A DNA stretch of 64,000 nucleotides from an uncultured Gammaproteobacteria bacterium (lineage in GTDB: Bacteria; Pseudomonadota; Gammaproteobacteria; SURF-13), in the NCBI GenBank assembly GCA_947085325.1, contig CAMTVY010000013.1:14679-78678 (forward strand), written 5' to 3'. The notes beneath the pieces were generated by a model. That model saw only the letters and a program-made list of their open reading frames with translations. It was not told the DNA's origin and did not search any database. The position numbers were made by a program, and so were the translations under genes. The stretch's first letter is position 1, and the number at the start of each line of letters is the position of its first letter. Below are positions 1-10,668 of this stretch, piece by piece.

Positions 1-873
1 GCGCAGGCGCTGCACGGTACGGTTGCGGGCGCCCTGCTGCATGTCGCCATGCAGGGCCGCGCAGGCGTGACCATCCGCCGAGAGGGACTGCGCCAGCTCA
101 TCTGCCGACCGCTTGGTGGCGGTGAAGACGATGGCCTGACTCAGTTCTTTGGCGCACAGGATGTGATCCAGCAGGCGGCGTTTGTGGCGCATGTCGTCTG
201 CCTGATGCATGCGCTGTGTGATCTGGGCATGCTGGGCCTGCGCCCGTGCTACCTGGATGCGCGCGGGGTCTTTCAGCAGCCGCTGCGCGAGCCCGAACAC
301 CTTGCCTTCCAGTGTTGCGGAAAACAGCAATGTCTGACGATCCGCCGGCGTTGCCTTGCTGATCTGCTCGACGGGCTCGATAAAGCCCATATCCAGCATG
401 CGATCCGCCTCGTCCAGTATCAGCAGCTCGATGCGCGAGAAATCCACGCGACCGCGCTCCATGTGGTCGATGAGGCGGCCGGGGGTTGCTACCAGAATAT
501 CCAGATTCTCACGCAGCATGCGCTCCTGCGCGGGATAGGGTGCGCCGCCGACGATGGCGCCTATGCGCAACGGGGCGAACTTGCTGTAACGCTTCACGGC
601 GTCCAGCACCTGCGCCGCGAGTTCGCGGGTCGGGGTCAAGACCAGCACGCGCGGCCCACGGCCCTTGCGCGGCGCGTTGCTGATCAGGCGCTGCAACGCG
701 GGCAACACAAACGCCGCCGTCTTGCCGGTGCCGGTCTGCGCCGAGGCCATCAAGTCGCGGCCTGACAGTGCCACCGGAATAGCCTGGCTCTGAATCTCGG
801 TGGGGATGGTGTAGCCGCTGGCCTCGATGGCGCGCAACAGCTTTGAATCAAGATTTAATGATTGAAATGACAT
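1..873 (-). CDS. rhlE: DEAD-box ATP-dependent RNA helicase (N-terminal part; C-terminus lies beyond the left edge)
   Basis: Absent from the ORF track because it runs off the edge. My minus-strand translation from the ATG (complement of 871-873) reads MSFQSLNLDSKLLRAIEASGYTIPTEIQ..AQTGTGKT..PTRELA..LILDEADRMLDMGF..FSAT. These are the Q motif and motifs I, Ia, II and III. The frame stays open to position 1. Confidence 0.9.
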   Translation of the reverse strand, partial: MSFQSLNLDSKLLRAIEASGYTIPTEIQSQAIPVALSGRDLMASAQTGTGKTAAFVLPALQRLISNAPRKGRGPRVLVLTPTRELAAQVLDAVKRYSKFAPLRIGAIVGGAPYPAQERMLRENLDILVATPGRLIDHMERGRVDFSRIELLILDEADRMLDMGFIEPVEQISKATPADRQTLLFSATLEGKVFGLAQRLLKDPARIQVARAQAQHAQITQRMHQADDMRHKRRLLDHILCAKELSQAIVFTATKRSADELAQSLSADGHACAALHGDMQQGARNRTVQRLR

Positions 874-1314
874 GATAATTATTTCCCGCAGCTTTGCTGC
901 GGCTCCTTAGGCAATGGGGTTTGCAAAGGGGAGAGGCGCAGCTCTTCCCTTTGGTCGCCCACGCGGTTTCACACCGCGTGGAGCGAAATCAAATTGGACA
1001 TCCTCATCCGCAGTCCACGCGCGGATTTAAAAGTAAATAAACCTAATACGTAACAGATGCGCCGATAAACGTATGCGCAAGCACACGAAGCGCGCCCTCA
1101 AACCGGAAGGCGTGACTATTCGAGAACTGTTAGAGGCGGGTGCCGCTGTGGCTGGGGCTAACCGCCAGGTTCCTTTAATACGTTGCTAATCAGGAAACCT
1201 GCGGTACAAAAAACCGGAGAGAGATCAGAAACGCGTATATGTACTACAGTGCTGCGGAGCGGAGTATACACGAATCGCCCGCCATGCGATAGCGCATTAC
1301 CTGCTCGGTGGGAA

Positions 1315-1863
<549 letters not shown>

Positions 1864-2460
1864 TCAGGTCTCTTTGATGGCGAGGTGATAGCTCACTTGC
1901 CCGGCATTTTTGCTGCGCGCGACGCGCCAGCCGTACGGCAGCATGTCGAGCGGCAGGTCACGTTCGGTTTCGAGGTAAATATGTGCCCCCGGCTTGAGCC
2001 AGCGGCCGCGTCCCAGCAGATCGCAACAGGGGGCGAGCAGGTTTTTGTGATACGGCGGGTCGAGAAAGACGACGTCGAAGCCTTGCTCCGGTGCAGTTTG
2101 TAAATAGCCGAGCGCACTGGCATGGATGATCTGCGCGCCGTGCGCCCGCAGGGCGGTCATGTGTTCATGCAATTGCGCCACCACGGCGGTATTGTTGTCC
2201 ACCAGCACCACGCTGGCGGCGCCGCGCGACAGCGCCTCGATACCCAGCGCGCCGCTGCCGGCGAAGAGGTCGAGGCAACGCGCGCCCGCGATCATGGGGG
2301 CGAGCCAGTTGAACAGGGTTTCGCGCACCCGGTCGGACGTCGGGCGCAGGCCTTCGGTGTCCGGAAACTCCAGGCGCCGCCCGCGCCACCTGCCGCTGAT
2401 GATGCGCAGGCGGTGCGTGCCCGATGAGGGCTTAGTGTGACGACTCGGTCGCGCCGCCAC
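1864..2460 (-). CDS. rsmD: 16S rRNA (guanine966-N2)-methyltransferase
   Basis: 198-aa ORF with LRIISGRWRGRRL, RPTSDRVRETLFNWL, the SAM motif LDLFAGSGALGIEALSRGA and DPPY. It sits upstream of coaD, as in other gammaproteobacteria. Confidence 0.9.
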   Translation of the reverse strand: MAARPSRHTKPSSGTHRLRIISGRWRGRRLEFPDTEGLRPTSDRVRETLFNWLAPMIAGARCLDLFAGSGALGIEALSRGAASVVLVDNNTAVVAQLHEHMTALRAHGAQIIHASALGYLQTAPEQGFDVVFLDPPYHKNLLAPCCDLLGRGRWLKPGAHIYLETERDLPLDMLPYGWRVARSKNAGQVSYHLAIKET

Positions 2461-3766
2461 CGACCACCACCGTTACCATCTGTTCAGGGTTTACACGCCG
2501 CTTGAAGGCATCCTTGATCTGCGCCAGCGTGACTTCGCCCACCTGCCGGGAGTAGGTGTCCAGAAAATCGAGAGGCAGGGTGTAAAAGCCGATCAACGCC
2601 AGGTACTCAATCAACTTGGCATTGCTGTCGATGCGCAAGGCGAAGCCGCCGGTAATGTTCTGCTGGGCGGCCTTGAGTTCACGTGCGGTGGGGCCTTGCT
2701 CGGTGAACGTCCGCAGGGTATCGCGCAATACCTGGAGCGCCTGCCCGGTTTGCTCGTTGCGTGTTTGCAGGCCGAGCGTGAACGGGCCCGCTTCGCGCAA
2801 CGGCAGAAAATAACTGTAACTGCTGTATGACAAGCCGCGCTTCTCGCGGATTTCATCCGACAGGCGCGATACCAGTCCGCTGCCACCCAGAATGTGGTTG
2901 CCGACCAGCAACGGGAAATAGTCGGGGTCGATGCGGCGCAGGCCCGGCTGCCCCATGAGTATATGGGTCTGGGCCGAAGGATGGGGTATCTCGATTGTGC
3001 GCGCGGCGGCCAGTGCCTCCACCGTGGGCAGGGGGGGTGCGGGCTCGCCTGCAGGCAGGCCGCCGATCAGTGTGTCCGCAACGACCGCCGCTTCGCTGCG
3101 CGACAGCGCGCCCACAATCGCGATGACGGCGTTGCGTGCCACGTAGTAACGTTTGTGGAACGCGACCAGGTGAGCACGCGTGAGCAGATCGAGGCTCGCT
3201 TCGGTGCCCGTGGGTTCTGCGTTGTAAGGGTGGGTGTCATAGAGTGCGCGATAGAAGGCCTTGCCTGCGATATCGCCGGGAGACTGCGCCTGCGCGAGCA
3301 AGGCTACGCGGGTGCGATCCCGTTCGCGCTCGAAGGCTGCTGCCGGGAAGCTGGGCCGTTGCAGCAGCAGGGCGAGGGTGTCGAGGGCGGGTTGCAGTAC
3401 CGCGGGCTGGGTCAGGCTGCGCAGGCTCACGCTGGCCGTGTCGCGATCCACGCCCGCGCCAAACTGGGCGCCGATATTGGCAAAGCGGTCGGCGATTTCA
3501 TCGGCGCCCAGCTCGCCTGCATTACTCAGGGCGCCGTCATTGAGCAGGTTGCTGGTGAGGGCAGCCTGCCCCGGGATGGCGTCATCGCGCGCGCTGCCGG
3601 CGTCAAACAGCACCCGCACATCCACCATGGGCAGCTCGGGCGCCGGTACGAAGTAAACCCGCGCACCGTTGGGTGTTGTCCAGTGCTGGATTTCGGGTGC
3701 GGCAAATGCCGCGACATTAGCCAGCGCAAGCAGCGCGAACAGAAGAGCGTGCTTAACGGATGGCAT
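2432..3766 (-). CDS. M16-family peptidase-like protein lacking the HxxEH motif (probable non-catalytic partner), signal peptide
   Basis: I trimmed the ORF to the internal ATG at 3766, which follows an AGGAGG Shine-Dalgarno. The N-terminus MPSVKHALLFALLALANVAAFA looks like a signal peptide. The protein has M16 two-domain length but I see no HxxEH. Confidence 0.8.
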   Translation of the reverse strand: MPSVKHALLFALLALANVAAFAAPEIQHWTTPNGARVYFVPAPELPMVDVRVLFDAGSARDDAIPGQAALTSNLLNDGALSNAGELGADEIADRFANIGAQFGAGVDRDTASVSLRSLTQPAVLQPALDTLALLLQRPSFPAAAFERERDRTRVALLAQAQSPGDIAGKAFYRALYDTHPYNAEPTGTEASLDLLTRAHLVAFHKRYYVARNAVIAIVGALSRSEAAVVADTLIGGLPAGEPAPPLPTVEALAAARTIEIPHPSAQTHILMGQPGLRRIDPDYFPLLVGNHILGGSGLVSRLSDEIREKRGLSYSSYSYFLPLREAGPFTLGLQTRNEQTGQALQVLRDTLRTFTEQGPTARELKAAQQNITGGFALRIDSNAKLIEYLALIGFYTLPLDFLDTYSRQVGEVTLAQIKDAFKRRVNPEQMVTVVVGGGATESSH

Positions 3767-5141
3767 TGTGGCCTCCTGCTGCGCCTGCGGCGGGGCGTTG
3801 CTTGTCGGGGTCGAGCGGTAGCGGCTGGAGCACGGCAACGGTGAGGCGATCCTCGATCAGGTATGTGCGCGCCACTTGCTGCACCTGCTCTGCCGTGACG
3901 GCATTGATGCTGTCCACGTAACTGTCCATCAGGCGCCAGTCGAGGCCCACGGTTTCGAGGGTACCGATTTGCATCGCCTGGCCGAAGCTGGAGTCGCGCT
4001 GATAGACGTCACTCGCCACCACCTGGGTCTTGATGCGTGACAGTTCGGCCTCACTTACGACGGTTTCCTGCAGCTGTCTGATCTCGCCGCGCAGGGCCTG
4101 CTCCAGCTCCTCGATGGTGTGGCCACGGGCGGGTGTGCCATCGATCAGAAACAGGTCGGAGGCGCGCGCGGTGAGGTTGTATCCGGCGCTGGCGCTGGCG
4201 GCGATCTGCCGGTCGCGCACCAGATGTCTGGCGAGCCGCGCGCTGTCGCCGCCCGAGAGCAGTGCCGACAGCACTTCGAGCGCGTAGGGTTCCCAGGCGG
4301 CATCAGGGCTGGCGGACTTCAACACCGGCACCGGATACCCCATCAGCAGATACGGCAGTTCGGCGGGCGCCTTTACGGTAATGCGGCGCTGACCGGTCTG
4401 CACCAGCTCATTGCGCGGCTTGAGCGCGGGAATCGATGCGGGCTTGAGCGCACCGAAATATTTTTTTGCAAGCTTCAATACCTGTTCGGGTTCCACATCG
4501 CCCACCACCACCACGGTCGCATTATTGGGCGCATACCAGGTTTTGTACCAGGCCTTGAGATCGTCGATATGCAGATTTTCCAGATCATCCATCCAGCCGA
4601 TGACCGGGTTGCGGTAGGCGCTGTTGTAAAACGCCGCGCCGTTGAACTGCTCGTAGGTGAGTGACTCGGGGTCGTCTTCGGTGCGCAAGCGGCGCTCCTC
4701 CATGACCACGCGTACCTCCTTGGCGAATTCCTCCTGCTTGAGCTGGAGGTTACGCATGCGGTCGGCCTCCATCTCGAAGCTTACCGGCAGGCGGCTTTTC
4801 TCCAGTTGCTGGTAATAGGCGGTGTAGTCACGTCCGGTGAAGGCATTTTCGCGTCCGCCGTTCTGCGCGATGATGCGGGAGAATTCGTTCGGCCCATGTT
4901 TGCGCGTGCCCTTGAACATCATGTGTTCGAGCACATGCGAAATGCCGGTGATGCCGCTGTGCTCGTAGCTCGCGCCCACCTTGTACCAGACTTGGGATAC
5001 CACCACAGGTGCGCGATGATCTTCGCGCACGATGAGTTTGAGGCCGTTGTCGAGGCGGTATTCATGCGTGCTGGGCGTGGCTGCGTGTACCTGGACGCTG
5101 AGCAGCAGGCTCAGGCCCGCTACAATATACTTGTACGTCAT
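3753..5141 (-). CDS. M16-family zinc metallopeptidase (pitrilysin-like), signal peptide
   Basis: I trimmed the 623-aa track ORF to MTYKYIVAGLSLLLSVQVHA (ATG at 5141). It carries the inverted zinc motif HVLEHMMFKG (HxxEH). The upstream 160 codons of the track ORF are Arg/Ser/Ala-rich and lie antisense to ftsY. Confidence 0.85.
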   Translation of the reverse strand: MTYKYIVAGLSLLLSVQVHAATPSTHEYRLDNGLKLIVREDHRAPVVVSQVWYKVGASYEHSGITGISHVLEHMMFKGTRKHGPNEFSRIIAQNGGRENAFTGRDYTAYYQQLEKSRLPVSFEMEADRMRNLQLKQEEFAKEVRVVMEERRLRTEDDPESLTYEQFNGAAFYNSAYRNPVIGWMDDLENLHIDDLKAWYKTWYAPNNATVVVVGDVEPEQVLKLAKKYFGALKPASIPALKPRNELVQTGQRRITVKAPAELPYLLMGYPVPVLKSASPDAAWEPYALEVLSALLSGGDSARLARHLVRDRQIAASASAGYNLTARASDLFLIDGTPARGHTIEELEQALRGEIRQLQETVVSEAELSRIKTQVVASDVYQRDSSFGQAMQIGTLETVGLDWRLMDSYVDSINAVTAEQVQQVARTYLIEDRLTVAVLQPLPLDPDKQRPAAGAAGGHNAIR

Positions 5142-5199
5142 GTCAGCCCTGATGTTGAGTGTTGAGTGATAGGATAGCGCAATACGCGGAACAACAGCT

Positions 5200-6186
5200 A
5201 TGACACTGAAAACCCTGCTGGGGTTCAAGAAAAATACCAGTCCTGCCGCAGAGGCAGCGCCCGGTGCGCTGGCACGCATGGGGCATGCCCTGGCGCGCAC
5301 ACGCGCGGGGCTGGGCGACTGGCTGGGCGGATTACGCGCCGGCGCTGTCGCGGTTGATGCGGATCTGCTGGAACTGCTCGAAGAGCGCCTGTTGTCGGCA
5401 GATGTCGGTGTCGAGGTGACAGAGAAGATCATGGGCCATCTGGGTGCGCGCCTTGGGCGGCGTGAGTTGCGCGATGCCGGGGCGCTGGCGGATGCCGTGC
5501 GGGAAGAGTTGCTGGCCATTCTGCGGCCGTGCGAGCAGCCGCTGGTGATCGCGCCGGATGAGCGGCCCTTTGTCCTGCTCATGGTGGGTATCAATGGCGC
5601 GGGTAAAACCACGACCATCGGCAAGCTCGCGCAGCAACTGCGGCGTGATGGTCGCCAGGTGATGCTCGCTGCCGGTGATACCTTCCGCGCCGCCGCAGTG
5701 GAACAGCTTCAGGCATGGGGCGAGCGCAACCAGGTGCCGGTGATTGCGCCACACAGTGCGGGTGCCGATCCGGCGGCGGTGATTTATGATGCGGTACAGG
5801 CGGCACGTGCCCGCAGAGTAGATGTGCTGATTGTGGATACGTCCGGCCGCCTCCATACCCAGACCAACTTGATGGAAGAGCTGAAGAAGATCAAGCGTGT
5901 CATTGCCAAGGCCGATTCTGCGGCGCCGCAGGAGGTGATGCTGGTGGTGGATGCAGGCACCGGCCAGAATGCGCTGATGCAGGCGCAACGGTTCCATCAG
6001 GCCGTGGGGCTGACCGGTATCACGCTGACCAAGCTTGATGGCACGGCCAGGGGCGGCATCATTTTTGCGCTGGCGGAAAAAGTGGGTGTACCCATACGCT
6101 ACATCGGTGTCGGCGAAGGTATAGACGATTTGCGTGAATTTAATGCGGAGGAATTCGTAGAAGCATTATTCGAGCAAAGTGGATGA
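5200..6186 (+). CDS. ftsY: signal recognition particle receptor FtsY (short form without a long acidic A domain)
   Basis: 328 aa with the SRP-GTPase motifs [22 protein letters not shown] and [10 protein letters not shown]. It is followed by ftsE and ftsX. Confidence 0.93.
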   Translation: MTLKTLLGFKKNTSPAAEAAPGALARMGHALARTRAGLGDWLGGLRAGAVAVDADLLELLEERLLSADVGVEVTEKIMGHLGARLGRRELRDAGALADAVREELLAILRPCEQPLVIAPDERPFVLLMVGINGAGKTTTIGKLAQQLRRDGRQVMLAAGDTFRAAAVEQLQAWGERNQVPVIAPHSAGADPAAVIYDAVQAARARRVDVLIVDTSGRLHTQTNLMEELKKIKRVIAKADSAAPQEVMLVVDAGTGQNALMQAQRFHQAVGLTGITLTKLDGTARGGIIFALAEKVGVPIRYIGVGEGIDDLREFNAEEFVEALFEQSG

Positions 6187-6280
6187 CTAAGAACAGCCCA
6201 ACGCAAAGGCGCAAAGGACGCAGGTATAATAATTTTGCGTCTTGGCGTCTTGGCGTCTTGGCGTTGAGTTTTCATACGTA

Positions 6281-6949
6281 ATGATCCTCTTTAATCACGT
6301 TTCCAAGCGTCACCCCGGCGGGTTTGAAGCCTTGCGTGAGATCAGTTTCGAGATCGGGCGCGGCGAAATGGCGTTTCTGACCGGCCACTCCGGCGCCGGC
6401 AAGAGTACGGTGTTGCGGTTGATAGCCCTGCTCGAGCGCGCCAGTTTTGGCCAGATCGTGGTGAATGGCCAGAATCTTTCCGGCATCAGCCGCCGCCGCC
6501 TGCCCTATTTGCGGCGCAGCATCGGCATGGTATTCCAGAATCACAAACTGTTGTATGACCGTACGGTGTTCGATAACGTCGCCTTGCCGCTGGTGATCAC
6601 GGGCGCAGGCCGGGATGACATTGCACGCCGTGTGCATGCAGCGCTCGACAAGGTCGGGCTGCTCAGCAAGGAGCGCGCTTACCCGGTAACGCTCTCCGGC
6701 GGCGAGCAGCAGCGCGTGGGCATCGCGCGCGCGGTGGTGCATCGGCCACCGTTGTTGCTGGCGGACGAGCCGACCGGCAATCTCGACCCGGAGTTGTCGC
6801 GCGAGATCATGACGCTGTTTCAGGAGTTCAACCAGTTTGGTGTAAGTGTGCTGGTGGCCACCCATGATCTGGAGTTGATTCGTCATTTGCCGCACCGCAT
6901 CCTCACCTTGAAGGACGGCCGGCTGGTAGCGGACAGCGCGGCGGCATGA
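6281..6949 (+). CDS. ftsE: cell-division ABC transporter ATP-binding protein FtsE
   Basis: Walker [13 protein letters not shown] signature LSGGEQQRV, Walker [14 protein letters not shown] moved the start to ATG 6281 ([11 protein letters not shown]) because the track start lies inside an intergenic hairpin. Confidence 0.92.
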   Translation: MILFNHVSKRHPGGFEALREISFEIGRGEMAFLTGHSGAGKSTVLRLIALLERASFGQIVVNGQNLSGISRRRLPYLRRSIGMVFQNHKLLYDRTVFDNVALPLVITGAGRDDIARRVHAALDKVGLLSKERAYPVTLSGGEQQRVGIARAVVHRPPLLLADEPTGNLDPELSREIMTLFQEFNQFGVSVLVATHDLELIRHLPHRILTLKDGRLVADSAAA

Positions 6950-7983
6950 TCCGGCTCTTCACGCGCCGCCGCAGTGGCGCAACACCGATACCACGCAGCC
7001 GCTCCGCCAGCCCTGCGCCCGCCGCAGTGCGCGCACCTGAGCGCGCGGCACGGCGGCAGAGGTTTGCATTCTCGCTCAAGGGCTATGTGGCGCAACACCT
7101 GCAGGCGCTTTTTTACAGCCTGGGCCAGATGTGGCGCGCACCGGTGGCAACGTTGATGACTGCTGTTGTAATAGGCATCACGCTGGCGCTGCCCTCGGTG
7201 TTGTATCTCGTACTCGAACATGCGCAACAGCTGAGCGCCGGCTGGGGCGGCGGCCCGCAGATTACGCTGCTGCTCAGGCAGGAGGTCAGTGATGATGCGG
7301 GCCGGGCGCTGGCCGGGCGCTTGCGCACGTGGCCCGCAGTGACAGAGGCGCACGCGATTTCACGCGCCGAGGCGCTGGAGGAATTTCGTCAACTGTCGGG
7401 TTTTGGTGCTGCGCTGGATGCGCTCGGGGAAAATCCGCTGCCGGCGGTAATCGCGCTGCGCCTGGCGGCAGATTCAGGGCAGGCCGCCAAAGCGGCATAC
7501 GAACAATTGCGGGCGCTGCCCGAGGTCGAGAGGGCTGAGTTCGAGGAGCAATGGCTCAAGCGACTGCATGCCATCATGCACGTCGTCACCCGCAGTGTGT
7601 TAATGCTGGCAGGGCTGTTTGCGGCGGCGGTGCTGTTCATCATCGGCAACACCTTGCGGCTGGCTGTGCAAAACCGGCGTGAGGAGATCGAGGTGGTCAA
7701 GCTGATCGGCGCCAGCGATGCCTTTGTCAGGCGGCCGTTTTTATACAGCGGGATGTGGTATGGCACGTTGGGCGGTATCTGTGCCTGGGCCATGGTGAGC
7801 CTGGCGCTGTGGTTGATGAGCGCGCCTGTGCAGCAGTTGGCCGGACTTTACCAGAGTGATTTCCGTTTAAGCGGTCTCGGTTTCAACGTTATACTGGCGC
7901 TTGTGGCCGGCGGTGCTCTGCTGGGCCTGCTGGGTGCCTGGCTGTCTGTGGGGCGGCACCTGGCGCATATTGAACCGTCTTGA
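6946..7983 (+). CDS. ftsX: cell-division permease-like protein FtsX
   Basis: 345-aa ORF overlapping the ftsE stop by 4 nt. It has four predicted TM segments, a periplasmic loop after TM1 and the ftsE-ftsX context. The exact start is uncertain. Confidence 0.85.
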   Translation: MIRLFTRRRSGATPIPRSRSASPAPAAVRAPERAARRQRFAFSLKGYVAQHLQALFYSLGQMWRAPVATLMTAVVIGITLALPSVLYLVLEHAQQLSAGWGGGPQITLLLRQEVSDDAGRALAGRLRTWPAVTEAHAISRAEALEEFRQLSGFGAALDALGENPLPAVIALRLAADSGQAAKAAYEQLRALPEVERAEFEEQWLKRLHAIMHVVTRSVLMLAGLFAAAVLFIIGNTLRLAVQNRREEIEVVKLIGASDAFVRRPFLYSGMWYGTLGGICAWAMVSLALWLMSAPVQQLAGLYQSDFRLSGLGFNVILALVAGGALLGLLGAWLSVGRHLAHIEPS

Positions 7984-7988
7984 ACCCT

Positions 7989-8018
7989 GAAACGGGTCGT
8001 TGATGACTAACCCGTTTC
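7989..8018 (+). terminator. hairpin directly after the ftsX stop (weak terminator or attenuator candidate)
   Basis: GAAACGGGT-12 nt loop-ACCCGTTTC begins 6 nt after the TGA. No long U tract follows it. Confidence 0.3.
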
Positions 8019-8172
8019 GTCTGCTGGTGTATACCAAGCCCATCGTCGCTGAGTCCTTCATGGCGCGGGCGCGTAACCGGCTGCTGATCCGGCGCAATAT
8101 CAGGCCCTGCAACGCCTGCAGGCTTCCGGGCTGCCCAGAAAGACTATTGATTAGGTTGAACTTTCCCCCTCT

Positions 8173-8213
8173 TTGGCGCTCATGTTGCTAGAGTGCTAAA
8201 ATGAGCCTATAGA
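8173..8213 (+). promoter_or_regulatory. candidate sigma-70 promoters for rpoH
   Basis: Two candidates are visible. One is TTGGCG-N18-TAAAAT with an upstream TG (extended -10). The other is TTGCTA-N17-TATAGA. An AAGGAGGG Shine-Dalgarno lies at 8220-8227, before ATG 8234. Confidence 0.3.
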
Positions 8214-8233
8214 CTTTAACAAGGAGGGTACCC

Positions 8234-9100
8234 ATGTCCAACGACTACACCATGCAGCTCGCAGTACCCGTTGGCAGCCTCGACCACTACATCCGCGCCG
8301 CCTACAGCGTGCCAATGCTGAGCGCGGGCGAAGAGCAGGCGCTGGCTATCCGCTACCAGCAGGAAGACGACCTTGATGCCGCCCGGCGGTTGGTGCTTGC
8401 CCACCTGCGTTTTGTGATCTACGTCGCCCGTGGCTACAACGGTTACGGTCTGTCACAGGCTGATCTGATTCAGGAGGGCAATATCGGCCTGATGAAGGCC
8501 GTGCGTCGCTTTAACCCCGATATGGGGGTGCGTCTGGTGTCGTTCGCCGTGCACTGGATCCGTGCCGAAATGCACGAATTCATCCTGCGCAACTGGCGCA
8601 TCGTCAAGGTAGCCACCACCAAGGCGCAACGCAAGCTGTTTTTCAACCTGCGTAGCGCATCGAAGCGCCTCGGCTGGCTCAATAGTGACGAGGTGAATGC
8701 CATTGCCAAGGATCTGGGTGTGAGCGCCAATGATGTGCGCGAGATGGAGTCGCGTATGAGCGGCCACGATTACGCCTTCGATGCCCACGCCGACGACGAC
8801 GACAGCACGGCGCAGTTTGCACCCGCTGCCTACCTGCAGGATCTGCGCATGGAGCCGTCCACGCAGCTGGAGCAGAGCAACTACGACGAAAGCCGCAGCG
8901 AACACCTGCAGCAAGCGCTGGCCATGCTCGATGCGCGCAGCCGCGACATTGTCGAGCAACGCTGGCTGGGCGATGCCAAGGCCACGTTGCAGGTGCTGGC
9001 TGAGCGTTATCAGGTATCGGCCGAGCGCATCCGGCAGCTGGAAAACAACGCCATCAAGAAGCTGCAACGGGTGATCGCACCCACTGTAGCCGTGGGTTAA
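8234..9100 (+). CDS. rpoH: RNA polymerase heat-shock sigma factor sigma-32
   Basis: 288 aa with the region 2 sequence [20 protein letters not shown] and the RpoH box QRKLFFNLR. It lies downstream of ftsYEX, as in E. coli. Confidence 0.95.
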   Translation: MSNDYTMQLAVPVGSLDHYIRAAYSVPMLSAGEEQALAIRYQQEDDLDAARRLVLAHLRFVIYVARGYNGYGLSQADLIQEGNIGLMKAVRRFNPDMGVRLVSFAVHWIRAEMHEFILRNWRIVKVATTKAQRKLFFNLRSASKRLGWLNSDEVNAIAKDLGVSANDVREMESRMSGHDYAFDAHADDDDSTAQFAPAAYLQDLRMEPSTQLEQSNYDESRSEHLQQALAMLDARSRDIVEQRWLGDAKATLQVLAERYQVSAERIRQLENNAIKKLQRVIAPTVAVG

Positions 9101-9777
9101 GGCAGCAACACAGACACGTTCAATGTCCGGCCTATGTGCTGTGTGTCCAGCGCGGCGAGGTGGGGCACGACGCCCAGCAGTGGCGCCGGAATGCGCTCAC
9201 GCAAAGCCGCAATATTTTCCGCGAGTTCGGCAAAACCGGGGGTGACGCTGTTCGCGACCCAGCCGGCGAACGGCAACCCCGAGCGCGCGATGTTCTCAGC
9301 GCTCAACAGGGCGTGATTCAGGCAGCCGAGCCGCATCCCCACCACCAGCACCACCGGCAGGCCCAGCTTCAGCGCGAGATCGGCGATGGTTTCCCGCTCA
9401 TTCAGCGGCACGCACCAGCCGCCCGCACCCTCCACCACCACACAGTCCGCCTGCGCGGCGATGGCATCAAACAGCGTTTTCAGGTGTGCGATGTCTATGC
9501 GTCGTCCTGCGCGCTGTGCGGCGATGTGGGGGGCGATGGGTGGTGCGTAGAGATAGGGATTGACCTGTTCATAGGGCAAGGCAATCACGGCGGCGCGTTG
9601 CAGTCGCAGGGCGTCATCATTGCGTAGCCCGGCCTCGGTGGCGACAGCACCGCACGCCACCGGCTTCATCGCCGCCGTGCGCACACCGGCCGCCGCGAGC
9701 GCATGCAGCAGGCCGAGTGTCACCCAGGTTTTACCGGCGTCGGTGTCCGTGCCGGTGATGAACAGGCCGCGCGTCAC
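9097..9777 (-). CDS. bioD: dethiobiotin synthetase
   Basis: 226 aa with the P-loop GTDTDAGKT. It is the last gene of a bioBFHCD-type operon. Confidence 0.9.
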   Translation of the reverse strand: MTRGLFITGTDTDAGKTWVTLGLLHALAAAGVRTAAMKPVACGAVATEAGLRNDDALRLQRAAVIALPYEQVNPYLYAPPIAPHIAAQRAGRRIDIAHLKTLFDAIAAQADCVVVEGAGGWCVPLNERETIADLALKLGLPVVLVVGMRLGCLNHALLSAENIARSGLPFAGWVANSVTPGFAELAENIAALRERIPAPLLGVVPHLAALDTQHIGRTLNVSVLLP

Positions 9778-10667
9778 GGCGCTTTTCGTCCGCGCAGGCT
9801 GGCGAGCGGAACCCGGATGGTTCCGTTATTCACTTCCTGTATCGAAGCCTCCGGCGCCCAGGCATGGCCATACACGACTTCGTAGCTTGCGGGCAGAACG
9901 CCTTCGCTGCGAAAGCGTTCGTAGGCGTTGCTGAAGGCTTGCAGACGACCTTTACCAGTGAGCCCACGCATGCGTCCGGCGGTGATGTTATGCGCGCCGA
10001 TGAGTTTGAGATCACGCATCAGCCTCTGTACGTCGGGATAGGTTAGCGTGAAGTGCTCAACATCCATTACCGGCATGGTGAAGTGCGTGCGCACCAATGC
10101 GTCGCCGATGTCGTGCATGTCGATGAAGCGGCTGACGTGACTGTGTGTATCGACCTCGGCCCAGCTCGCGCGCAACTCTTTCAGGGTGTCGGGGCCGAAG
10201 CTGGAAAACATCAGCAGGCCGCCTGGTTTGAGCGCGCGACGCAATTCCAGCAGGGTCGAGTCGAGGTCATTGCACCACTGCAACGCGAGGTTGGAGAAAA
10301 TCAGATCGGCACAGCCCGCGCGCAACGGCAGTGCGTCGATGTCGGCGCAGACGAGTATTTGACGCCGGTCAATAAAGCGCTGCCATAAGGGCGTCTGGCG
10401 GCGCGTTTCGAACAACATGTTTTCGGCGATATCGAGTGCAATCACGCACGCGCTTTTATAGCGCCGTGCCAGGGCGCGGGTATGCAGTCCGGTGCCGGCA
10501 CCGGCATCGAGTATCAGTGCCGGAGCAATGCGCACGGCATCGAGACGCTCCACCATGCGCCTGCCCACCTCGTGTTGCAGCAAGGCCGTCTGGTCATAGT
10601 GGTGCGCCACGCGATTGAAGGCGCGCCGCATCAGTTGCTTGTCCAGGTAGTAGTCCGAGTCGTGCAT
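9774..10667 (-). CDS. bioC: malonyl-ACP O-methyltransferase
   Basis: SAM-methyltransferase motif ILDAGAGTG in a bio operon context. I trimmed the start to ATG 10667 (MHDSDYYLDKQ), 2 nt after the bioH stop. Confidence 0.85.
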   Translation of the reverse strand: MHDSDYYLDKQLMRRAFNRVAHHYDQTALLQHEVGRRMVERLDAVRIAPALILDAGAGTGLHTRALARRYKSACVIALDIAENMLFETRRQTPLWQRFIDRRQILVCADIDALPLRAGCADLIFSNLALQWCNDLDSTLLELRRALKPGGLLMFSSFGPDTLKELRASWAEVDTHSHVSRFIDMHDIGDALVRTHFTMPVMDVEHFTLTYPDVQRLMRDLKLIGAHNITAGRMRGLTGKGRLQAFSNAYERFRSEGVLPASYEVVYGHAWAPEASIQEVNNGTIRVPLASLRGRKAP

Positions 10668-10668
10668 G

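Noticed and set aside
49-765. 238-aa plus-strand ORF at the left edge
   Set aside because: It is the shadow of the minus-strand DEAD-box helicase, which carries all helicase motifs.
5142-5624. N-terminal 160-codon extension of the M16 peptidase ORF (track ORF 3753..5624)
   Set aside because: The extension is Ser/Arg/Ala-rich and overlaps ftsY on the opposite strand. A signal peptide begins at the internal Met (5141).
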